Source of the DNA: a virus | DNA: 64,000 nt | Virus record (IMG/VR): IMGVR_UViG_3300027782_000040 | Reading direction: 5' to 3' (one strand) | Part shown: positions 10,286 through 21,900 of the stretch, piece by piece | How the letters are laid out: each line of letters opens with the position of its first letter | Numbering within the stretch: position 1 is the first letter of the stretch | Program-made: the position numbers and the translations under genes | Notes under the pieces: model-generated | What the model saw: the letters and a program-made list of their open reading frames with translations, nothing else | Database searches by the model: none | What the model was told of the DNA's origin: nothing

Positions 10286-11266
10286 ATGGCAGGTATTAAA
10301 AAAACAGATTTTTCGGCAATCAAAAAGAAATTCTCAAAAGAGGCAGAATATAAACCAGACCGTTTCTTCGATTTGGGTGATGCTTTCTTGGATGCTTGTG
10401 GTATTCCAGGTCCTGCAATGGGACACATCAATATGTTATTAGGACATAGTGATACGGGTAAAACTACGGCATTAGTAAAGGCGGCTGTGGATGCACAAAA
10501 GAAAGGAGTTGTTCCTGTATTTGTCATCACAGAACAAAAATGGAGTTGGGACCACGCCGAATTGATGGGGTTTAATAAAGACGGAGACTACCTTTTTAAT
10601 AGTGATTTTGAGTATATTGAACAAATTACAGAATATATAAATGAACTATTAGATGCACAAGAAAAAGGAGATTTACCTCACGATTTATTAATTCTTTGGG
10701 ATTCGGTTGGTTCAGTTCCATGTAAGATGACTTATGATGGTAAAGGTGGTAAACAACACAATGCGTCAGTATTAGCTGACAAAATTGGAATGGGTATCAA
10801 TCAACGTATCTCAGGTTCAAGAAGGACAGATAAACCTTATACAAACACATTAATCATTGTTAACCAACCTTGGGTAGAATTACCTGATAATCCTTTTGGA
10901 CAACCAAAGATTAAAGCAAAAGGTGGTGAAGCGATTTGGTTAAACTCAAGTATTGTATTCTTATTTGGTAATCAAAAAGGTGCGGGTACAACTAAAATCT
11001 CCATCACTAAAGATAAGAGAAAAGTTAAAATAGCAACAAGAACAAAAATCTCAATTATGAAAAACCACATCAATGGTTTAGGATATGAGGATGGACGTAT
11101 CTTGGTTACATCACACGGATTTATGCCAGGTAGAGAAGATGTTGAAGAGAAGAAATCTATCGAGGAATATAAAAAAGAAAGTGGTGATTACATCAGTAAG
11201 ATGTTAGGTGTTAATGTTACAGACATCGTAGATGTAGAAGTTGTAACAGAAGAAAGTGATCTATAA
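10286..11266 (+). CDS. recA: RecA/UvsX-family recombinase
   Basis: Walker A GHSDTGKT, Walker B ILWDSV, IVNQ, KGGEAI, KNHI. Confidence 0.9.
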   Translation: MAGIKKTDFSAIKKKFSKEAEYKPDRFFDLGDAFLDACGIPGPAMGHINMLLGHSDTGKTTALVKAAVDAQKKGVVPVFVITEQKWSWDHAELMGFNKDGDYLFNSDFEYIEQITEYINELLDAQEKGDLPHDLLILWDSVGSVPCKMTYDGKGGKQHNASVLADKIGMGINQRISGSRRTDKPYTNTLIIVNQPWVELPDNPFGQPKIKAKGGEAIWLNSSIVFLFGNQKGAGTTKISITKDKRKVKIATRTKISIMKNHINGLGYEDGRILVTSHGFMPGREDVEEKKSIEEYKKESGDYISKMLGVNVTDIVDVEVVTEESDL

Positions 11267-11276
11267 ATTATTTTAA

Positions 11277-12281
11277 ATGTCGGTTTTACTTGTTGATGGA
11301 GACAATCTACTCACAATTGGTTTCTACGGTGTCAAAAATGCTTTTCATAAAGGACAACATGTTGGGGGAATATATCATTTCCTTAATACTCTTAGGAGAG
11401 CGTTTGAGTACTACCATTTAGATAAGATTGTAGTATTTTGGGACGGTCATGAAGGTTCACAAAACCGAAAGAAAATATACATTCATTACAAGGAAAACCG
11501 ACGTTCAAGATTAAGGTCGGAAGAAGAATTACAATCTTATCTCTCTCAAAGAGATAGAGTTAAACAATATCTTGAGGAATTATATGTAAGACAGGGTGAA
11601 TATGAATTTTGTGAGACAGACGATAACATTGCTTATTACACACAAAACTCACCAAATGAAAATAAAATAATTTATTCTTCGGATGGAGACCTTACCCAAT
11701 TGGTTTCAGAAAACACACAAATTTACAATCCGTCTCACGGAAAGTTATACAAACAAAATGATACGATAGTTTATGACAAAGAAGACATCTTAATTGAAAA
11801 CGTTAGGTTGGTTAAGATGATATGTGGTGATTCGTCAGACAACATTGCAGGAATTAAAGGAATGGGTGTTAAAAGATTTCTATCTTTTTTCCCTGAACTT
11901 AGAACCGAATCAATCTCCGTTCAACAAGTTAAAGAAAGGAGTGAACTTCTTTTTGAACAAGACAAACACAACAAATTAATTACAAATTTACTAACAGGTG
12001 TTACTAAACACGGAGTATTTGGGGAAGAGTTCTTTGACGTAAACAATCGTATCGTGAGTTTGGATGAACCTTTTTTAAGTGATGAGGCAAAAGAAAACAT
12101 TGACCTTCTAATAAATGAGTCATTAGACCAAGAAGGAAGATCTTATAAAAACGCGATGAAAATGATGATGGACGATGGACTGTTTAATATGTTACCAAAA
12201 TCAGATGACGCATGGACAAAATTTTTAAATCCATTCTTACGTTTAACAAGAAAAGAAAAAAATAAAAACAAAAACAATTAA
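11277..12281 (+). CDS. 5'-3' flap exonuclease (T4 RNase H / Pol I N-terminal-like)
   Basis: LLVDGDN, FWDG, YKENR, ETDDNIA, SSDGDLTQL, GDSSDNIAGIKGMG. Confidence 0.92.
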   Translation: MSVLLVDGDNLLTIGFYGVKNAFHKGQHVGGIYHFLNTLRRAFEYYHLDKIVVFWDGHEGSQNRKKIYIHYKENRRSRLRSEEELQSYLSQRDRVKQYLEELYVRQGEYEFCETDDNIAYYTQNSPNENKIIYSSDGDLTQLVSENTQIYNPSHGKLYKQNDTIVYDKEDILIENVRLVKMICGDSSDNIAGIKGMGVKRFLSFFPELRTESISVQQVKERSELLFEQDKHNKLITNLLTGVTKHGVFGEEFFDVNNRIVSLDEPFLSDEAKENIDLLINESLDQEGRSYKNAMKMMMDDGLFNMLPKSDDAWTKFLNPFLRLTRKEKNKNKNN

Positions 12282-12292
12282 AGTAAAAACCA

Positions 12293-12751
12293 ATGAGTAG
12301 AGATTACCAAAACCAAGACAACATTACGAAATTTGAATTTCTTTTGTCTTTAGAAGGACACATTGTGTGTCAAAGATTTTTTAATGTGAGAGACCACGTT
12401 GACCAAGCAAGATGTTCAATGGACCTTCACTACTATATAAAAAATATTTGTGAAGATATTTCACACGATTTGAAAATAAAAAGTTCCAACTACCTATGTG
12501 AGAATCAAAACTATATCCTCAATATGGACTCTGTGGAAAGTGATGAAACCAAAGAAAAAGAACATTTTTTAATGGAAATTAAGTTGGGTGACGATGTATT
12601 TATTCAAAGGATATTCCCCGCATATTATTACCATCCAAAAGTAAGATATACGGTAGACATTCGTCCGAGATTGAAAACAATTTTGTCAGATTTAACTGAC
12701 ATTTTATCAACCGAAGAATTAGAGACGAAATATCTACAACACGAGCTATAA
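12293..12751 (+). CDS. Hypothetical protein in the replication operon
   Basis: 152 aa ORF between the exonuclease and the helicase. Confidence 0.75.
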   Translation: MSRDYQNQDNITKFEFLLSLEGHIVCQRFFNVRDHVDQARCSMDLHYYIKNICEDISHDLKIKSSNYLCENQNYILNMDSVESDETKEKEHFLMEIKLGDDVFIQRIFPAYYYHPKVRYTVDIRPRLKTILSDLTDILSTEELETKYLQHEL

Positions 12752-12776
12752 TTTAAAACATATATAAAAACAAAAC

Positions 12777-14162
12777 ATGGAAGAAAGGAATTTTGGGTAT
12801 TTGGGATTTTCGTTTCAACAATCCCTAATAAAAGCGATTATTGAAGATAAGAAATATGGTGAGACCATTATTGATGTATTAGAAAGTAAATTTTTTGATA
12901 ACAGTTCATTTAAATTTATAATGGAAAATACGAAGGAATTATATAAGGCATATAATAAAATTCCCGATTACAACACATTAGCGCAGAAAATTATGGCTGA
13001 AGGTGGTAACAAAGATTCTTCCAAAGTTCACGTAGATACATTAGAGGCGATTAAAAATAATGAATCACAAATTGAATATGTAAAAGATACTGCACTTAAT
13101 TTCTGTAAACAACAAAACCTGAAAAGAGAGTTAAAAAACGTACAGAGTATTATTGAAAGTGGTGAATTTGAAGCATATAATAAGATTGAAGAAATTATTC
13201 AAAAAGCATTACAAGTTGGTATTTCTAATGATGAAACAACTGATGTATTCCACGATATTGATGCGGCGTTAGAACAGGACTTTAGACACCCATTACCGAC
13301 AGGTATTGTTGGGATTGACAACTTACTTAAAGGTGGGTTGGGGATAGGAGAATTAGGGGTTGTATTAGCACCTACTGGTACTGGTAAAACTACTTTACTT
13401 ACCAAGTTTGCAAATACTGCGTATAACTTAGGATATAACGTCGTTCAAATATTTTTTGAAGACAATCCAGGTAATATCAAAAGAAAACATTATACTATTT
13501 GGTCAGAAATTGCACCAGACCAACAACCAGAATTTAAAGACATGGTTAAAGAAAAAGTTGAAGAGGCTCAAACAAGATCAAAAGGAAGTTTGAAATTATT
13601 GAAATTAGCGAGTGATAATGTAACTGTTTCTGAAATTAAAAATAAAATCAGAAAAATGAATTCAGATGGAATTAAAGTGGATTTATTAGTATTAGATTAT
13701 GTTGATTGTATTTCATCTGACAAATCAACAAATGGTGAAGAATGGAAAGGAGAAGGTTCGGTTATGAGAAGTTTAGAATCTATGACAGGTGAATTTGAAA
13801 TGGCAATATGGACGGCAACACAAGGTAACCGTGAATCTATTTCAAGTGAAGTTGTAACTGGTGACCAAATGGGAGGTTCAATTAAGAAAGCTCAAATTGC
13901 TCACGTTATATTATCTATTGGTAAAACATTAGAACAAAAGGAACATAATTTGGCAACACTTACATTATTGAAATCACGTATTGGTAAAGATGGTGTTGTA
14001 TTTCAAAATTGTAAATTTAATAATGAATTTTTAATTATTGATACGGAATCACAAAATACCTTATTAGGTCATGAACAAGATGAGGTACTAAAAAGAGCTA
14101 ATAGAGTTGCCGAAGTTTACAAAAAGGCACAAGAGAAGAAGACACAAATAATAAGTAAATAA
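12777..14162 (+). CDS. DnaB-family replicative helicase (gp41-like)
   Basis: APTGTGKT, LVLDYVD, WTATQGNR, LKSRIG. Confidence 0.92.
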   Translation: MEERNFGYLGFSFQQSLIKAIIEDKKYGETIIDVLESKFFDNSSFKFIMENTKELYKAYNKIPDYNTLAQKIMAEGGNKDSSKVHVDTLEAIKNNESQIEYVKDTALNFCKQQNLKRELKNVQSIIESGEFEAYNKIEEIIQKALQVGISNDETTDVFHDIDAALEQDFRHPLPTGIVGIDNLLKGGLGIGELGVVLAPTGTGKTTLLTKFANTAYNLGYNVVQIFFEDNPGNIKRKHYTIWSEIAPDQQPEFKDMVKEKVEEAQTRSKGSLKLLKLASDNVTVSEIKNKIRKMNSDGIKVDLLVLDYVDCISSDKSTNGEEWKGEGSVMRSLESMTGEFEMAIWTATQGNRESISSEVVTGDQMGGSIKKAQIAHVILSIGKTLEQKEHNLATLTLLKSRIGKDGVVFQNCKFNNEFLIIDTESQNTLLGHEQDEVLKRANRVAEVYKKAQEKKTQIISK

Positions 14163-14179
14163 AAAAACAAAGTTTAGAA

Positions 14180-16450
14180 ATGCAGAAAGGTAAAAAATTT
14201 CTGAGTGACTTGAAGTTACACTCGGACTATTTCAAATGGTTGGAAGATAAAGGAAGATATGAAACATGGGAAGATGCTTGTGAAAATATCATAGATGGAC
14301 ACAGAAAAAAATATGTGAACTATAAAAAAACGGTGGAACCGTATTTAGAGTCGGCATTAGAAAGTATGAAAGATCAGGCGGTATTAGCATCACAAAGAAA
14401 TTTACAATATAGATATGAACAAATAATGAAACACAATACGAGAATGTTTAACTGTACATCAGGACACATTGCTCGTAATAGAGTATTCCAAGAGATATTT
14501 TATCTTGCCTTATCTGGTTGTGGGTTCGGCGGAGGACTATCAATTCCATTTGTTAATAATTTAAGTAAAATTCAAAAAAGAACTTTAGGTACTAAAACAT
14601 ATGTAATTGAAGATAGTATTGAAGGATGGGCAAATTCGTTAGGAGTTATTATGTCGTCATATTTTGTTGATGAACAACCTTTCCCTGAATTTGCTGGATA
14701 TGAAGTAAAATTTGATTATTCACAAATCAGAGAAAAGGGCGCATTTATTAGTGGTGGATTTAAAGCACCTGGCCCTGAAGGATTAAAACAATCTTTAGAA
14801 AAAATTGAACAATTACTTGAAAAATGGTTAACTAATGAAGGAAATAAAATCAGACCAATTTTAGCGTTTGATATTATTTGTCATTCAGCTGACGCTGTAT
14901 TATCAGGTGGGGTTAGACGTTCAGCGTTGAATATGATTGTTGACCCTAACGATACTGAAATGATTCATGCAAAGACAGGTAATTGGAGAATGGAAAACCC
15001 ACAAAGAGGTCGTAGTAATAACTCAGTTTTGTTATTAAGAAGTGAAGTTCAAAAAGAACAATTTAATTACTTGGTACAACTTAATGATGGGGCTAATGAC
15101 ATTGGATTTGTATTTGCAAACAGTTGGTTTGATATGTTCAATCCATGTTTTGAAATCTTAAAAATACCAGTATTAGATACTGTGGATTTTTCTAAAATCA
15201 AATATGATGATGTTGAAGAATATGTTAAAAACAATAAAGAAAAATTTGGTATTCAAGGTTGTAACTTAACAGAAATTAATGCGGAGAAGGCAACTACTAA
15301 AGATAAATTTTTAAAGGCATGTAAAGATGCATCTATCTTAGGTACACTACAAGCGGGATATACAAGTTTCCCTTATTTAGGTGAAACAAGTAGAAAGATT
15401 TTTGAAAGAGAAGCGTTGTTAGGTGTTAGTATTACAGGTTGGATGAACAATCCAAAATTGTTCAACGCAGAATTATTAGAAGAAGGTGCTCAAATGGTAA
15501 AAGACACAAATAAAGAAGTTGCTGCGGTAATTGGTATTAACCAAGCAGCAAGAACTACTTGTGTTAAACCTTCAGGTAATGCGTCAGTCGTATTAGGAAC
15601 TGCTTCAGGTATTCATCCTGAACACTCTGAAAAGTATTTCCGTATTATGCAATTGAATAAAGAAAGTAACACAGCAAATTGGTTAGTTGATAATATGGGA
15701 TTCTTATTAGAAGAAAGTGTATGGTCATCAACTAAATCAGATTACGTTGTTTTTGTTCCTGTTGAAAATCCAAAAGTTGGTTTATTCAAAAAGGACATGA
15801 AAGGAATTAAACATCTTGAATTAATTAAGTTAGTTCAACAACATTGGGTAAATGCCGGAACTAATCACGAATTATGTGCTTACAAAGGAGTTAATCATAA
15901 TACATCTTGTACCGTTATTATAGATGACAAAGACGCAATTGTTGATTACATTTGGGAAGAAAGAGATTTCTTCACAGCGGTAAGTTTTATGTCTGATTAC
16001 GGAGATAAAGATTTTAATCAAGCACCATTCACTTCGGTATTGAATTTGGAAGACATTATTGAACAATATGGTAAAGGTTCAATTTTAGCTTCAGGATTAA
16101 TTATTGATGGATTACATTACTTCAATCAAAACTTATGGTTGGCTTGTGATACGTTATTAGATAGAAGTATTCAATTAACAGGGACTAGAGAACAAGTTCT
16201 ATTAAAAGAATATTGGTTGTCAAGAGCGAAGAAATTTGCTAAAAACTACTTTAAGAATGATATGAAGAAAATGGTTTATTGTTTAAAAGACGTTCATTTA
16301 TTTTATAAGTGGGAAACCGTTACCCGTCAATTCAAAGAAGTTAATTTTGGTGAAATCTTAAATAAACCTCAATATAAAGATATTAGTGACTTTGCAGCTC
16401 AAGCCTGTAGTGGAACTGATGGTTCTTGCGATATAACAAGAATTAATTAA
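14180..16450 (+). CDS. nrdJ: Ribonucleotide reductase, probably class II (AdoCbl-dependent)
   Basis: MFNC, GGVRRSA, NPCFEI, GCNLTEIN, TTCVKPSG, C-terminal ACSGTDGSC; no nrdB nearby. The class assignment is inference. Confidence 0.8.
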   Translation: MQKGKKFLSDLKLHSDYFKWLEDKGRYETWEDACENIIDGHRKKYVNYKKTVEPYLESALESMKDQAVLASQRNLQYRYEQIMKHNTRMFNCTSGHIARNRVFQEIFYLALSGCGFGGGLSIPFVNNLSKIQKRTLGTKTYVIEDSIEGWANSLGVIMSSYFVDEQPFPEFAGYEVKFDYSQIREKGAFISGGFKAPGPEGLKQSLEKIEQLLEKWLTNEGNKIRPILAFDIICHSADAVLSGGVRRSALNMIVDPNDTEMIHAKTGNWRMENPQRGRSNNSVLLLRSEVQKEQFNYLVQLNDGANDIGFVFANSWFDMFNPCFEILKIPVLDTVDFSKIKYDDVEEYVKNNKEKFGIQGCNLTEINAEKATTKDKFLKACKDASILGTLQAGYTSFPYLGETSRKIFEREALLGVSITGWMNNPKLFNAELLEEGAQMVKDTNKEVAAVIGINQAARTTCVKPSGNASVVLGTASGIHPEHSEKYFRIMQLNKESNTANWLVDNMGFLLEESVWSSTKSDYVVFVPVENPKVGLFKKDMKGIKHLELIKLVQQHWVNAGTNHELCAYKGVNHNTSCTVIIDDKDAIVDYIWEERDFFTAVSFMSDYGDKDFNQAPFTSVLNLEDIIEQYGKGSILASGLIIDGLHYFNQNLWLACDTLLDRSIQLTGTREQVLLKEYWLSRAKKFAKNYFKNDMKKMVYCLKDVHLFYKWETVTRQFKEVNFGEILNKPQYKDISDFAAQACSGTDGSCDITRIN

Positions 16451-16614
16451 TGGTAGAAGGGGTAGATTATTACATAGATGAGAAGTCAGGGCTTATGGTT
16501 CTGACTTCTCTTTTTTTATTAAAGAGAGGGTACTGTTGTGGTAACGGATGTTCAGGATGCCCTTACTTACCCCCATATCAAAAGGGAAACACAAAAATAA
16601 AAGAAGATACATAA
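16450..16614 (+). CDS. Small Cys-rich protein, DUF5522-like (54 aa; absent from the ORF track)
   Basis: Manual translation MVEGVDYYIDEKSGLMVLTSLFLLKRGYCCGNGCSGCPYLPP...; TAATG-coupled to the RNR gene. Confidence 0.8.
   Translation: MVEGVDYYIDEKSGLMVLTSLFLLKRGYCCGNGCSGCPYLPPYQKGNTKIKEDT
16480..16517 (+). terminator. Intrinsic terminator embedded in the DUF5522-like ORF
   Basis: Perfect 10-bp stem gagaagtcag/ctgacttctc (extendable by G-U pairs) plus T7. Confidence 0.75.
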
Positions 16615-16644
16615 CCATTTTCGTATTGTTTATATTTATTGAAT

Positions 16645-17097
16645 ATGGCAGCAACCTATGGAATAGATTTCCCATTTAGGGATAGTTTAGAAGGAAAGTT
16701 TTTAAAGATGACTGGTACTCCCGAAAGAGAGATTAGAGCGGATTTAATACACCTCCTATTGACAAAGAAGGGTAGTAGATATTTTCTACCTGATTTTGGT
16801 ACTAGATTGTATCAATACATCTTTGACCAAAACGACGCTGTTACATTTGGATTAATTGAAAGTGAAATTCGTGATTCTGTAAAAAAATATATCCCTAATT
16901 TGGATTTAACCTCAATAGTAGTGGTTTCAGCAGAAGACGACCCAGACCAAATTAATTCACTACAAGAAAATGAAGATAATAGACTTTTTAGGGTTTCTAG
17001 TCATTCTGAAAAACCACATACGGCTGTAGTTAAAATTGAATATACAGTAAATAACGGAGCATTTACGTCTTCGGATTTTATAATACTAAACATTTAA
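16645..17097 (+). CDS. Baseplate wedge subunit, gp25-like
   Basis: GIDFPF, LLLTKKGSRYFLPDFGTRLYQYIFD. Confidence 0.9.
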   Translation: MAATYGIDFPFRDSLEGKFLKMTGTPEREIRADLIHLLLTKKGSRYFLPDFGTRLYQYIFDQNDAVTFGLIESEIRDSVKKYIPNLDLTSIVVVSAEDDPDQINSLQENEDNRLFRVSSHSEKPHTAVVKIEYTVNNGAFTSSDFIILNI

Positions 17098-17098
17098 G

Positions 17099-18931
17099 AT
17101 GAGTAAAAAAATATCATACGCAACAAGAGATTTTGCGGGTTTAAGGGAAGAGTTAGTAAATCTAACCACACAATATTATCCTGACTTGGTTAAGAACACC
17201 AACGACGCATCAATATTTTCAGTATTATTAGATTTAAATGCTGCGGTTGCAGATAACCTACACTTTCATATAGATAGAGTTTGGCAAGAAACAATGTTAG
17301 ATTTTGCTCAACAAAGACAATCGTTATTTCATATTGCGAAAACTTATGGTATGAAAATACCATGTAAAAGACCTTCAGTTGCGTTATGTGACTTTTCAAT
17401 GAATGTTCCGGTTAGAGGTGATAAAGAAGATGAAAGATATTTGGGAATTATGAGATCAGGAACACAAGTATCGGGAGGAGGACAAATTTTTGAAACAGTA
17501 GAGGATGTAGATTTTTCAAATCCATTTAATAGTAAAGGTGAACCAAATAGATTAAAAATACCAAATTTTAATGCTAATAATCAATTAGTGTCTTATACAA
17601 TCACAAAAAGAGAGGCGGTAGTTAATGGAGTTACAAGAATATATAGGAGAGTAATTACATCATTAGACCAAAAGCCATTTTTAAAATTATATTTACCTGA
17701 ACAAGATGTGTTAGGTGTTAGTAGTATCATACATAAAGATGGTACTAACTTTGGTGCAAATCCTACCTCAAATGAATTTAGTGATTTAACAAATAAATGG
17801 TATGAAGTTAAAAGTTTGGTACAGGATAAAGTTTTTGTTCCAGACCCAACCGCAGTATCGGATAAAAATAATTTTAAGGCGGGAACCAATAAAACCGTTA
17901 CAAATAAATTCATAACTGAATACACACCAGAAGGATATTTTTCAGTTACATTCGGTTCAGGTAATGTTGACCCATTAGATAATTTAGATAGTCATATGAA
18001 TGGTACAATGAAAGTTAACCTTTCAACCTATCTTAATAATATGTCATTGGGTGCAATACCAAAATCAAGTACAACCTTATTCATAAAATACAGAGTTGGT
18101 GGAGGTAAAGATTCCAATTTAGGTGTGAATGTTATCACGAGTATTGATAATATGGAATTGGACGTTAACGGACCTATATCTTCTATTAACACACAAGTGA
18201 CTCAATCTATGAGAGTTACAAATATAACACCTGCTGTCGGTGGTGCGGACCAACCAACAATTGAAGAATTAAGAAACATGATTTCTTTTAACTTTGCCGC
18301 ACAAAATAGAGCGGTAACATTGAACGATTATAAATCAATAATTGAGTTGATGCCAGCAACATTCGGAGCACCAGCAAAAGTGAATGTCATTGAAGAAGAT
18401 AATAAGGTAAAAATTAAAATTTTATCTTATGACGATAATGGTAATTTATCTGATACAGTTTCAAATACATTAAAAAGTAATATAATTGAATATCTTTCTG
18501 AATATAGAATGATAAATGACTATATTGACATTGCAAGTGGGGAAGTTATTGACTTATCATTGGAAATGGATATTGTCATCGATAAAAACGAAAACCCGAC
18601 AGATGTCATTAAAACAGCAATTAACGATACCATAGATTTCTTTGATAATTCTAAAAGAAAAATGGGTGACCCATTATTTGTTGGAGATTTAATTAGACAT
18701 ATTGGTCAAATACCTGGTGTAGTGAATGTAATCGATATCAGGGCATATAATAAGATTGGTGGGTTATATTCATCATCGGAAACTGCAATGGCATATAAAG
18801 ACACTTTAACCAAGGAAATTTTACAGTCAGATATGACCATTTTTATGAAGTCTAACCAAATATTCCAAATAAGGTTCCCTAATAGTGATATTAGAGTTAG
18901 AACTAAAACATTAGGAACGACTACATATTAA
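17099..18931 (+). CDS. Baseplate wedge subunit, gp6/baseplate-J-like
   Basis: RDFAGLR, VTFGSG, YRVGGG, GGAD, AQNRAVTLNDY. Confidence 0.88.
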   Translation: MSKKISYATRDFAGLREELVNLTTQYYPDLVKNTNDASIFSVLLDLNAAVADNLHFHIDRVWQETMLDFAQQRQSLFHIAKTYGMKIPCKRPSVALCDFSMNVPVRGDKEDERYLGIMRSGTQVSGGGQIFETVEDVDFSNPFNSKGEPNRLKIPNFNANNQLVSYTITKREAVVNGVTRIYRRVITSLDQKPFLKLYLPEQDVLGVSSIIHKDGTNFGANPTSNEFSDLTNKWYEVKSLVQDKVFVPDPTAVSDKNNFKAGTNKTVTNKFITEYTPEGYFSVTFGSGNVDPLDNLDSHMNGTMKVNLSTYLNNMSLGAIPKSSTTLFIKYRVGGGKDSNLGVNVITSIDNMELDVNGPISSINTQVTQSMRVTNITPAVGGADQPTIEELRNMISFNFAAQNRAVTLNDYKSIIELMPATFGAPAKVNVIEEDNKVKIKILSYDDNGNLSDTVSNTLKSNIIEYLSEYRMINDYIDIASGEVIDLSLEMDIVIDKNENPTDVIKTAINDTIDFFDNSKRKMGDPLFVGDLIRHIGQIPGVVNVIDIRAYNKIGGLYSSSETAMAYKDTLTKEILQSDMTIFMKSNQIFQIRFPNSDIRVRTKTLGTTTY

Positions 18932-18985
18932 AATGTTTTTTGTTTATAATAGTAGAAAATCTCCTTTTTTCTATTTATTAAAAGA

Positions 18986-21900
18986 ATGATACAGAAGCAT
19001 AGAATATCCACAAACATTGGGAAGGACCAAATAGTCAATCTTGAATTAAAACAAGATTTTGATTTTTTGGAAGTTCTATCATTAAGATTCACTCAAAAGG
19101 ATGTTTATTCATCAATGTGTTCGGATTACGGTGTGGTATGTGGTAGAATTACTGTTAACAATGGTTTAGGTGTACCAAACGCCAGAGTATCGTTATTTGT
19201 TCCACAATTACAAATTCATTCAAATGATCCAGTTATATCTGCGTTATATCCATATACAGAAATTGGGGACAAAGACAGTAACAATTATAGATACAATTTG
19301 TTACCATCAAGAAAACAACATGGCGGACATGAACCAACCGGTACATTTTTTGACCAAGAAGATATTTTAACAAGAGAAGAAGTTTTAGAAGTGTATGAAA
19401 CTTATTATTCGTATACAGTTAAAACTAATAGTTCTGGTGATTTTATGATTTGGGGGGTTCCATTAGGACAACAAACAATTCACGTTGATGTTGATTTATC
19501 TGATATTGGTTGTTTCTCTTTAAGACCTGATGATTTTATTAGACAAGGTGCTGGTTTAGACCAATTTAAAACATCATACGCTTTTAAAGCATCAGAAGAT
19601 TTAAATTCGTTACCACAAATTGTTTCATTTGATAAAACGATTGAAGTTTATCCTTTTTGGGGTAATAATGATTTTTGTGAAATTGGTTTAACAAGAACTG
19701 ATTTTGATTTATCCGATAAAGGTGTAAGAATTGAACCAAAAGCAATTTTATTAGGTTCAATATTTTCTGACCAAGGGAATAGTACTGTAAATAAAAATTG
19801 TACTTTAAGAGATGGAATGGGTAATAAATGTAACTTAATAACCGAACCAGCAACGGTTGAAATATTAAGATTTACAAATAAAAAAGACGAAAATAATAGA
19901 CCAATATTGGAACTTATGGAAACAAGTGAAGATATTGATGATAGTGGTTCGTTTATGATTTCAGTTCCAATGAATATGGAATATGTTTACACAAACGAAT
20001 TTGGTGAGAACGAAATTACAAACGACCCAAATAAAGGGGTACCAACATCCGCATGTTATAGATTTAGAGTATCAACAAAAAATGAATCATTAGGTAGGGT
20101 TAGAACTGTAGCTTCTTATTTAATTCCAAATATTAGGGAATATGCAACAACGGAATCAGAAATTGATAAATCATATACTTGGTCAACAAATTGGAATGAT
20201 TATCCGACGGGGGCAACAAACAATAACATCCTTTTTAATAATGTTAATGGGTCATATTACCCACAAGATTATTTTTATAGATTTAATTATAATAAAATTT
20301 ATAGTGTATCGTCATTTTTTGGATCTTATAGTGAAGGTAATTTAGGGATTACACAAATAGCACCAAAGGAGGAAGACGATTGTCAAAACAATTCACTCAC
20401 ACCTCCAATTAATCATGCGACACAAACAGTTACCTTCGCAATTTTATTGGCTATAATATTGAACACATTCGAAAGAATAAGTTATTACACAATCATTGCG
20501 GCTATACAGGTTTTAATTGTTCCATTTCAAGCATTATATAATTGGCACATATACATACGTGCTTTAAAAGTAACATTGATAGATTATTATCCATTTAGGG
20601 CGGGTGGTATTATTGATGTTGATACTAAAGTTATTGAACCATTACAAAGATTCGGTACTGTTCGTTTAGGTATTGCAATATATCCTGAATGTGAAACATG
20701 TGACAACTTAGATTATATAAATGATTTGCCAACAACAACGACAGATCCAGAATTAACGTTTCTTAAAGTTGCAACAGGAACAGGTGTTACGGATACATCT
20801 TTATACGCCACATGTGGGGTTGAGATTTTTGACGAATCAAGTGTTAGGATATTTTTATCAATTCCAACTACTGGAACCACATGTGCATCCGTATCACCTA
20901 TCTTCACAACGACAGGTACCACTATAACTAATATTATTGATAATCCAGGTAGATACATTATAAAATTTAACGATACAGGAGAATATGGAAATCTTAGTGT
21001 TTATGGGTATGACATATCGGGATCAGGAACAACAGCATATTATTACGATGATACAACGGGTTTAAGTTATACAGGTCAAACATTACCGACAGGAAGTATA
21101 GGATATGAAATATTTGATTCACTATCATTTTTAATTGGAGGTTCAAATACTTCAGGATTAAATAGTGAATTAGAAGGAGGATGTCAACAATATGTTACCG
21201 TGTATAAAGAATCAATTGTTTATGGAACATATTGTGCTAGTAACGCATCTACACCATATAGTGGATTAACATCGGCAAATATAAAATTAGGTACTGTTTG
21301 TACCACAGGTATAACCGTTGGTCAAGTTATTGCTGGTGTTAATAGTAATCCTTGTGGTACATGTGGCACACACAGTGGATTTTCTGAATTTAGATATGGA
21401 TTATTTACAATTATACCGGCGGCGGCAATTGCCAATTGGGGAGATAATTTTGATGCAATTACCGAATACGCAAGAAGAAAACTTGTTGCTAAAGTGTTCT
21501 GTGGTGGTATAGCAAATTATAAATTTATTGACAATTGGTTGACCGGTTCATTATATATGTTTCCATTTAAAGCAAAAGTTAGATGGGATAATGAGGAAAC
21601 ATTAGATTTAAATGTTAGAAGAACAAAATATTGTCCAGATTTAGTTTATTTTAAAGCAGGTACGGTGGAAAATCCTGATAAAAGATTTTATTATAGATCT
21701 ACATATTTTAATGGTACAACATTTAGTAGAAGTAGTAGAGAAAGTTTAGGTCACCCAACAACAATTGTTGATTTAGGACCAAGAGATGAATTTATAAAAG
21801 AAATATGTGTGGACCCACAATTAGACCCAAACTGTTCGGTTGTTAGAGATATTGGACCAACATCCTATCAAAATTTTAAAGAGATGTTAGGGTTATATAT

